Assembly: GCF_964194155.1 (NCBI RefSeq)
Contig: NW_027596508.1
Span: 62,001 to 126,000, forward strand
Direction: 5' to 3'
Origin: Cetorhinus maximus
Taxonomy: Eukaryota
Length of the DNA: 64,000 nucleotides
Below, in pieces: positions 54,820-64,000 of the stretch; positions within the stretch are counted from its first letter, which is position 1; each line of letters starts with the position of its first letter. Under the pieces are notes generated by a model. The model did no database searches and was not told the DNA's origin. It worked only from the letters and a program-made list of their open reading frames with translations. A program made the position numbers and the translations under genes.

Positions 54820-55030
54820 CCGGGTCCCCCGCCGCACGTCCGACGGGCCCGGCGGCTTTCATTCGGGCTCTGAGAACCGCTGAGACTCGGTGTTACTGAG
54901 GCTGCGCTCGATCAAGCTCCTTGCGCATGCGCGGCTAGACAGGATTTCCTTTACGATTTGGTGCGCTTGCGCAGTGCGGCCATTCTGATCGAGAATGGCC
55001 GTTTGAAATCACCCAGAGCATTCTGGGAAT
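54820..55030. promoter_or_regulatory. Small CpG island with NRF1-type motifs and a palindrome
   Basis: TGCGCATGCGC 54922-54932, TGCGCTTGCGC 54962-54972, CGGCCATTCT-gatcg-AGAATGGCCG 54977-55001. Confidence 0.6.
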
Positions 55031-55399
55031 TCTGTCTGCCATTTTAGCATTACTGTAACGCGGGAGGAAGAGCCTAATAAATATCAACTTCACTCTATTT
55101 TCCATCCCAGAATTTCATACTCAGGTAATGATGGAGTGATAGTGAACGAGAGAAGAACATTCAGACTGTGCCCGCTCTTTGTGAGAAATGGGCTGGTCTC
55201 CACTGGTGTGTGTTTGCAGCAATTGCAGCTCGTGTTCTTGTGTGAACAAATGCAATTTGAGATGTTTGTTGCCGATTGAAGTGTTTACAGGAAGCGAGAT
55301 TCCAATGTTAATGCCTGCAAACTGAAATGATAAATCAGATAAGTTTGTGAGTGGCAGCAAATATTTCTCTTAGTTGGGAAAGTAATTAACAGAGGATGG

Positions 55400-56400
55400 T
55401 TACTAATCCTACCGCCCACATAGTCATCTATGTTGTTTACATAAATGATGAATAATAGGGGACCCAGCACAGATCCCTGTGGTATGCTACTGGACACTGA
55501 CTTGCAATCACTAATGCAGCCTTCTGTCATCACCCTGTCTCCTACAACGAAGCCAATTTTGAATCCACCTTATCAAATGACCCTGTGTCCCATGTGTATT
55601 TGCCTTCTTTATAAGTCTCCCATGTGGTACCTTGTCAAAGGCTTTGCTGAAATCCATAAAAACTATATCAACTGCACTTCCCTCATCTACACACCTGGTC
55701 ACCTCCTCAAAAATTCAAACAAATTTGTTAGGCATGACCTCCCTCTGACAAAGCCATGCTGAATATCCCTGATCAAAACTTTCCTCTCCAAGTGGAGATA
55801 GATTTTCTCCTTCAGAATTTTCTCCAATAGTTTCCCTAACCATGACGTGAGACATACTGGCCTGCAGTTCCCTGGCTTATCTCTACAACCCTTCTTAAAT
55901 AGAGGAACCACATTAGCTGTTCTCCAGTCATCTGGCACCTCCCCCGTGGCCAGGGAAGAATGGGAACAGGTTTCCTTTGTCTACCTGATCTAAACCTGTA
56001 ATAATCTTGTACACCTCACTCAGACCAACCCTCAATCTCGGTTGCTTCAAGGAGAGCTGCTCCAGATTCCGCAAACAAACCTTGCAACTGTAATCCCTCA
56101 TGCCTGGAACTATTCTAGTAAATCTTCTTTGCACCCTCTCAAAGACTCTCACATCCTTCCAAAAGTGTAGTGACCAGAAATGGATGCAATATTGTAGTTG
56201 CAGTCCAACCAGAGCTTTAGAAAGGTTAAACATAATGTTCCTGTTTTTATGCTCAGTACCTCTGTTGATTAAAGCAAAGATCCCATCTGCTTTCCAAACT
56301 ACACCCTCAAAATCTCCTGTCTCCTTCAATGATCTAAAGACTCTCAGTCCCTCTGACCTTGCACAATTTTTAGAACTGGACTATCATGTTTATACTGCCT
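55400..56400 (-). mobile_element. CR1 ORF2 fragments
   Basis: PQGSVLGPLLFIIYVN, MDFSKAFDKVPH, QHGFVRGRSCLTNL. Confidence 0.88.
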
Positions 56401-57146
56401 CTTTTCTGTCAAAATGCAGAACTGTTCCTGCGTGTGGGATTAATAATATGTCTCTGTTACAATATCATTAAGATCTGAGAATGCAGCTTCTGCCTCTTCA
56501 TGAGAATCTTTCTGGGTAAAACCAGAGTTTACTCGGATTTTTGCAACTGTTGCATTACCTGAGTCTCACCGCCCTCACTCACTCTGTCTCTGTCAATCCC
56601 TCCACCCCCTCTCTCTTGAACTCCACATGAAGGCGGGATACTGTTGTTTCGTGGCTGAGTGCACACAATCTGTATCTTTAAATGATCAAAAATAATTCTG
56701 CTTGTGAACAAGATAATAATTTAAACCAGTTACAGTTTAACCCAGGCATAGCTGTGATTGGCTGCAGTCCCCTGAACCTGGGGAACAGACACTGTGAGCA
56801 GCTCCGGTCTCAGAGGGTTTAACAGTTACTGAGCTGGGAACCTACAATGAATTCCCGAGAATCCACAGCTCAGGCCGAGAGAAGAGGAAATCCTGTCCTG
56901 GGAGCTGTAATTCTGAGACACAGTTTGTCTTGTCAGTGTGTAGATGTGAACATTGTATCAGCGAGAGTGTGTTAAAGGGGCGGGCGGGTTAGACTAATGT
57001 CACTGTGTTTGTGTGTCCGGCCTCAGCGCCAGATTTCCGAGTCATTCTTGTGTAAAATCACAAGATTTCCCTGTCATAGGATCGCGCTGCTCCCCTGCTT
57101 AGCCCTGAAGAGAGAATTTAAGGCAATTTTTTCGCTTATTTCATGA

Positions 57147-57344
<198 letters not shown>

Positions 57345-57378
57345 ACAACTTTACCCTTTCTACCAAACACACAACAAA

Positions 57379-57394
57379 GGCTCTTTTAAGAGCC
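57379..57394 (+). terminator. Histone 3' stem-loop
   Basis: GGCTCTTTTAAGAGCC-ACCCA. Confidence 0.95.
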
Positions 57395-57449
57395 ACCCAC
57401 CGTCTCACAGAGAGAGCAGAGACCTCGGAACGCGAGGTGGGATGTGCGT

Positions 57450-57558
57450 GTGTTTGATTGGAATTCTCAATTTGGGCTCCAGCCAATTACTGTTCGGGGC
57501 GGTTCCTCACACAGTTTAAAAATGCGGATTGTAGGCCAGACTGTAATCGGTTCAGAAA
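57450..57558 (+). promoter_or_regulatory. H3 promoter
   Basis: ATTGG 57457-57461, CCAAT 57483-57487, GGGGCGG 57496-57502, TTTAAAAA 57515-57522. Confidence 0.65.
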
Positions 57559-57963
57559 ATGGTCAGGACCAAGCAAACACCGCGCAAATCGACTGGAGGG
57601 AAAGCTCCCCGCAAACAGCTGGCTACCAAAGCGGCCCGGAAGAGCGCTCGAGCCACGGGCGGAGTGAAGAAGCCTCATCGCTACGAACCCGGCACTGTGG
57701 CTCTGAGGGAGATCCGCCGCTACCAGAGGTCCGAGCTGCTAATTCGCAAATTGGCTTTCCAGCGCCTGGTGCGAGAGATCGCTCAGGACTTTAGCGTCTT
57801 GCTCGCCCAGGGCTCGGCCGTCATGGCCCTGCAGGAGGCCAGCGAGGCTTACCTGGTGGGGCTCTTTGAGGAAGCCAAACTGTGCGCCATCCACGCCAAG
57901 CGAGTTACCATCATGCCCGAAGACATCCAGCTGGCCCGCCGCATCCGCGGGGAACGCGCCTAA
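57559..57963 (+). CDS. H3: Divergent H3.2-derived histone H3 (134 aa); variant gene or in-frame pseudogene
   Basis: Open ATG-TAA frame; 15 substitutions and 2 single-codon deletions versus canonical H3.2; intact stem-loop and HDE. Confidence 0.8.
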   Translation: MVRTKQTPRKSTGGKAPRKQLATKAARKSARATGGVKKPHRYEPGTVALREIRRYQRSELLIRKLAFQRLVREIAQDFSVLLAQGSAVMALQEASEAYLVGLFEEAKLCAIHAKRVTIMPEDIQLARRIRGERA

Positions 57964-57992
57964 AACCCGGCTTAAGCACCAAACACAACAAC

Positions 57993-58008
57993 GGCTCTTT
58001 TAAGAGCC
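57993..58008 (+). terminator. Histone 3' stem-loop with consensus-like HDE (GAAAGAGCTG 58024-58033)
   Basis: GGCTCTTTTAAGAGCC. Confidence 0.95.
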
Positions 58009-58513
58009 ACTAAATCAAATAATGAAAGAGCTGTGACCGGCGTTTAGAACAGAAATTAATTCGGCCGCTCAGACTCGAATCTCGTAAGTAATCGGCATAG
58101 AATTTAAACCGTCCCACCCCCATGGGAAGTAAAGAAAATGCTGCCTATATGAGCAATTGAGATCGGAGACAGCCCTTTTCACAGACTGCGTGCGGGCAGA
58201 TGCAATTGAATCAGATCCTGTCCGGGCGCAACACTCGCTGTGAAACCCGCTTGTGAATTTCCTCATGTCGCTCTCGTAATTGCATCGAATAGATTCGGTA
58301 TTTTTGACATTGATGGATTTACAGAATGATTGTTTCTGATATCCTGTCCATAAATAGTTCACTAACAAAAGCGGGAGATGTGTGAGCAGAGAAACAGCGC
58401 TATCCAGAGCGGGAACTGAAAACACAAGATAACAAATCAGAAACAGATAAATCCACCGTTACAATAACTCCATCTCTGACCCTCCTGACAGTGAGCAGCC
58501 CTTTCCCGTGAGT

Positions 58514-58529
58514 GGCTCTGGAAAGAGCC
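58514..58529 (-). terminator. Histone 3' stem-loop with variant loop (TTCC)
   Basis: Minus strand GGCTCTTTCCAGAGCC-ACTCA; HDE GAAAGGGCTG only 8 nt downstream. Confidence 0.85.
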
Positions 58530-58559
58530 TTTGGGTTATTAGATCACATTGTGGCCGCT

Positions 58560-59970
<1,411 letters not shown>

Positions 59971-60103
59971 GAGAATCGCTGTGATTGAGACGTGATCAAA
60001 ATAACAATTAGACCATTCGGAAAGCTTCATAGTAAAATCATAAATATCATTAACACAACTACCGGCAGCGACACCGAACACAGCCAAGCATCAATGGAAA
60101 CAT

Positions 60104-60185
60104 CGATAAGGACAGGATTCGAACGAGAGCGTGTAAAACACAGTTCACCAACAGTCCATCGCCTTACCCTCTCGGCAACACCACA
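60104..60185 (-). pseudogene. tRNA-Ser-derived pseudogene
   Basis: Minus strand gccgagagggtaaggcgatggact...ttttacacgc..gttcgaatcc; 82 nt with long variable arm; anticodon arm broken. Confidence 0.7.
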
Positions 60186-60199
60186 GAAGCCATGACACT

Positions 60200-61050
60200 A
60201 TGGAAACATTACGATGCAGAAAGAGGCCATTCAGCCTGTCATGTCTGTGCCACCAAAAAAAAGAGCGAGCCGCTGATTTTAATCGGACTTTCCTGTACCT
60301 GGTCCGTAGCTTTGCAGGTGACAGCGCTTCAGGCGCAGATTCAAGTGCCTTTCCAATGAGTTGGTCGTTTCAGCCTCAACCACCGATTTAGGCAGTGAAT
60401 TCCAGACACCCGCCACCCTCTGCGTGAAAAAGATATTCCTCGTGTCCCCTCTAATCCTTCTGCCAATCACCTCAAATCTATGCCCCCCAGGTAATTGACC
60501 CCTGAGCTAGGGAAGACAAGTCTTTATTGTTTACCATATCTAGGTCCCTCATAATCTTTTTGCACCTCAATTAGGTCACCCCCTCAACCTCCACTGTTCT
60601 AAGAAAACAACCCTAGAATATCCAATCTTTCCTCACAGCTGCAATTTTCAAGCCCTCGTAGCATTCTTTTAAATATTCTCTGCACTCCCTCCAGAGCATT
60701 TGTGTCCTTCCTGTAATGTGATGACCAGAACTGTGCACAAAATTCCAGCTGTGGCCTAACCAGCGTTTTATAGTTTTCCAGCATTATATCCCTGTTTTTG
60801 TATTCAATATTTCGTTCAATAAAGGAAAATGTTCCGTTACCACCTTGTCCCCCTGTCTTGCCACCTTCAGGGAAATGTGGACATGCACTCCAAAGTGTCT
60901 CCCTTCCGCAACCTGTCTCAATATTCTCCCGTTTATTGAGTGTACCCTTTCTTTGTCTGCCCTCCCCAAATGCATTACCCCAAACTTTCTGGGATTGAAT
61001 TCCATTTGCCAATTTTCTGACCACTCAACCAAACCATGTATGGCATCTTT
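60200..61050 (-). mobile_element. CR1 3' end
   Basis: YKTLVRPQLEFCAQFWS, WQMEFNP, FFTQRVAGVWNSLP. Confidence 0.88.
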
Positions 61051-61353
61051 CAAATCACATTCTGCCCTCTTTGCAGCCTTGGTCCAAACATGGAGAAACA
61101 GCTGAACTCAAGCCGTGAGGTTCAAGTGTTGACTTATGTTCAGGGAAGCATTTGACCTAGTGCGGGCATCAAGGAACCCCAGCAAAACTGAAAGTTCATG
61201 GAAATAAGGCGGGAAACTCTGCACTGTTTGGAGTCGTCCCCGGGGTTTCTAATACATTCCAAAAGAATTCCAGCAGGAACAGTAATTCGCTTTTGTTTCA
61301 TACACTATGGGTGACAATGAAACGATCCCTTGACTGCACTTTGTAGCACAGGT

Positions 61354-61443
61354 GGCTTGTTGATCTCCGGCCATGATTCACGCCTTGGGATTTTCATTTT
61401 ATTAATGTGCGAGAGGTCCCGGGTTCAATTCCCGGACGAGCCC
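61354..61443 (+). tRNA. tRNA-Pro(TGG) with 18-nt insert at 37/38 (61390-61407); 5' half mutated, probable pseudogene
   Basis: 3' half TGCGAGAGGTCCCGGGTTCAATTCCCGGACGAGCCC is near-perfect tRNA-Pro; 5' half GGCTTGTTGATCTCCGGCCATGATTCACGCCT-TGG-G. Confidence 0.82.
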
Positions 61444-62056
61444 ATCGGGCACCTTAATGCAGTAATTTTTTTCGCGCTCGAGGTGGTGGCAGTTCCGGAA
61501 ATCAGGACCAGGTTTGAACACCCGGGAAGTCATTGCAGGGAATGCATCACTTCAACACGCGTGATGAAAATGAATGTCAAGTTTAAAGAACGTTTCTCCG
61601 TGCCATGAGACTCTGAATTTATCCCTATGCGTCAAATAAGGCAACTCCCTCCGTGTGGATTCAGGTAGGAGGCTGATTGCACTCAGTTACAATCTTGACT
61701 GAAAGGGCAAGCAGAGCTGGGAACCCCAAAGTTTCATTTCAATTTACCACATTTTAACTGTGTTCTGATGCTTGCAGTGAGCTGGGAGGGGTTTCTTTTG
61801 CAACCAAATGCTTGTAAGTTCCGGTCTTTCAGCGCTGGATTTTCACACTGTGTAGATGTTTGATATCAGGTTGAAGTGATTCACATCAGTCGGTTTACAA
61901 CAGTCCCTGATCTGATGTGATTGGCATTTATGTTAATGGCAGAAACTACATTTCCACCTTTACACATCTGGCCGAATATTCAGGGCCTGTACCAAAGAGG
62001 ATCATTTATTTCAACAGTTCATGAATGCAAAAAGTATAGAAGGGGGTTTAATTTGT

Positions 62057-62138
62057 GCCGAGCTGGCCGAGAGGTTAAGGTGATGGAATAAAAATCCATT
62101 GTTTTTTGCACGTTAAGGTTCGAATCCCACCTGGGTCG
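62057..62138 (+). pseudogene. tRNA-Ser-derived pseudogene (anticodon now AAA)
   Basis: tggccgagaggttaaggtgatgga-at-aaa-aa-tccattg...ggttcgaatccc; 82 nt; internal T6 run. Confidence 0.8.
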
Positions 62139-62734
62139 TTGTTTCATCAACTGTTTCTTCCTTGGAGGGGTGATTTTGCAGAAGGTCTGCCTGGAATCAC
62201 TGATCTGATCCTCCAACCCAAGTTCTGAGGGCAGATTGCATAGAGTTTTCTTCTAAGATCTCCGTTGCGATTTTATTGTTAACAATAACTTGGGGATTCG
62301 ATTTAGAGTCCATTCGACTTAATATTTCGATCTCTCTCTAAGGGGAGTTAGTGGAGCAGAAATATTCCGGGGATTTGGGTTCATTTCCCAACATGGCTCC
62401 TGGTGGAAATTAAACTCAATAATTAAAACCTGCAATTAAACGCTAATCTCAGTGATGGTTCACTGATGTCTTCCCTGGCCGGACCTACATATGAGTTTGA
62501 TTCCTAACTGCCCGCTGAGAAATCCACGGAGTTCAAGTACAATTTGGGATGTGTAACAAAGACTGGCCTTGCGAGCGACGCTCACATCCCATGAAATATT
62601 GTTTTCACTTTTTGAAATACAAGCGTTAGGCCACCCCTCAGCCTTGTTATTACAAGAGAATAAAGATCCAAACTGTCAATCCTTTCGTCCTTGTATACCA
62701 CGCATTGCATTTTTTTGTTATTTATTCTTCTTCT

Positions 62735-63100
62735 GTGGGCTGTGGGCGTCAATTGCACGGCCAGAACTTCCTGCCCTTCCCTAATCTCCCTCGAACTGGA
62801 TGGCTTGCTCAGTAATTTCCGAGGGCAGATAAGAGTCAACCATATCCCCATGTGCATGGAGTCACATGTAAGCCAGACCAGGTCAGGACGGCAGACTGTT
62901 TCCTCTTAAGTGCATTGGTGAACCAGATGGTTTTTTACAACAATCGACGATAGTTTCATGGCCGTCATTACAGAGACCAGCTTTCAATTCAAGAATCATG
63001 AAATAATTGAATTTCAATTCCACGAGCTGCCACGGTGGGATTTGAACACTTGCCCCCAGAGATGAGCCTGGGCCTCTGGATTCCGAGACCAGTGACATCA
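62735..63100 (-). mobile_element. tRNA-derived SINE
   Basis: rc of the 4705-5030 family (gaaccagatggttttttacaacaatcgac, gtgggatttgaac). Confidence 0.75.
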
Positions 63101-63433
63101 TCTTTCATCCCTGGAAACAACAACTGAACATTCAGCGAATCATTCAGCCGCTTGATGAGGAAATTGGAATTCCCTCCGCAGCATTTTATTAAACTGATTA
63201 ATGCAAAACCTTTTGTTCAATTGGAAATATCATTATTTTCTCGACATTAGTCATATATTGTGGATTTCTTAGTAACGGAACAAAATCCAAAGATGTGTGA
63301 GGGATGAATGCACCAGGTAACAAGGAAATACATTCTGAGAAAGAGCTCCGCATTGTTTGGATGAAAAAGCAGAACTTGCAGCTGACGAGTGGGAACCTGG
63401 TTTACTGGACGTTCCACCAGATTTCTGTATGAA

Positions 63434-63523
63434 GCAACGAGACAGGACACGAAACTGCTATCTTCTGATTACACCATAATGTACATTGAAGTCAGACGCC
63501 TGATCCATTCGGACCAGGCTACC
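63434..63523 (-). pseudogene. tRNA-Arg(TCG)-type pseudogene, anticodon now TCA, with 16-nt insert at 37/38 (63470-63485)
   Basis: Minus strand AATGGATCAGGCG-TCTGA-CT-TCA-A-[TGTACATTATGGTGTA]-A-TCAGA-AGATAGCAG-TTTCGTGT-CCTG; acceptor stem broken. Confidence 0.75.
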
Positions 63524-64000
63524 ATTCCTTCCAGCCGGATAATGCCTTGTCCATAAAAACGGTGCTGCATTTATGTCTCTTGGATTTTTGAATGATCCAC
63601 TGATTCCCAGAACCTTGGCCTCGGGATCTCAGATTGATTTTGGATCATGAAGTCAGTTCCTATTGTCCGCACCTCTCCTCAAAATGTCGCTGCATTTTTT
63701 TTGTCCTCTCTACATCTTTGCTCCTTGACCTTCGCTCAATCGCTGGTAAATTCCTGAAATAAAAACACAGAACATCCCCTTCATCCAAACCACTTCGAAA
63801 GGAATTCCTTCTTCCCTGTTTAACAAGAAATTCCACCGACGGTTCGAAGATGTTGAGGCGATCGTGTCAGAGTGAGGAACTGTTTCCAATGATTGGCAAT
63901 CCAGGTACTGGAGCAGGAGGTGAGGCGGGGTGGAGGAGGAGATTGGTATGTGCGAGAGGTGGGGGGTAGGAGTTAGAGGATGGGAGAGGTTGGGTGGGGG

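Noticed and set aside
57559-57963. CENP-A or H3.3 identity for the divergent H3
   Set aside because: The tail is near-canonical and loop 1 is shorter rather than longer; A31 and SAVM are H3.2-type; the gene is intronless with a stem-loop

Overview
Vertebrate genomic DNA, most likely from a cartilaginous fish (shark-type CR1, L2, Penelope, RTE, Tx1 and SINE repeats; taxon inferred, not proven). The window is part of a replication-dependent histone cluster interleaved with decayed tRNA genes. It holds intact H2B (19757-20134, -), H2A (22537-22929, +), H4 (23650-23961, -) and a second, substituted H2A (58560-58949, -), plus a highly divergent H3 with an open frame (57559-57963, +). It also holds H2B, H2A and H4 pseudogenes or remnants. 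Every histone copy that retains its 3' end has the 16-nt stem-loop. Main observations: (1) a candidate novel H3 variant lacking T58 and K79, with a rewritten loop 1 and intact promoter and 3'-processing signals, next to an H2A that has lost R11 and R77; (2) a ~4 kb palindrome of an H2B-H2A unit in which each arm has lost the opposite gene; (3) three tRNA relics (two Pro, one Arg-TCG-type) with inserts at the canonical 37/38 intron site; (4) two Tx1-type retrotransposon junctions within the first codons of histone genes; (5) a 118-bp non-coding core identical between the palindrome arms. The rest is retroelement debris, a degenerate ~46-bp satellite and a 26/28-bp minisatellite. Repeat boundaries are approximate, and all alignments and identity estimates were made by eye.
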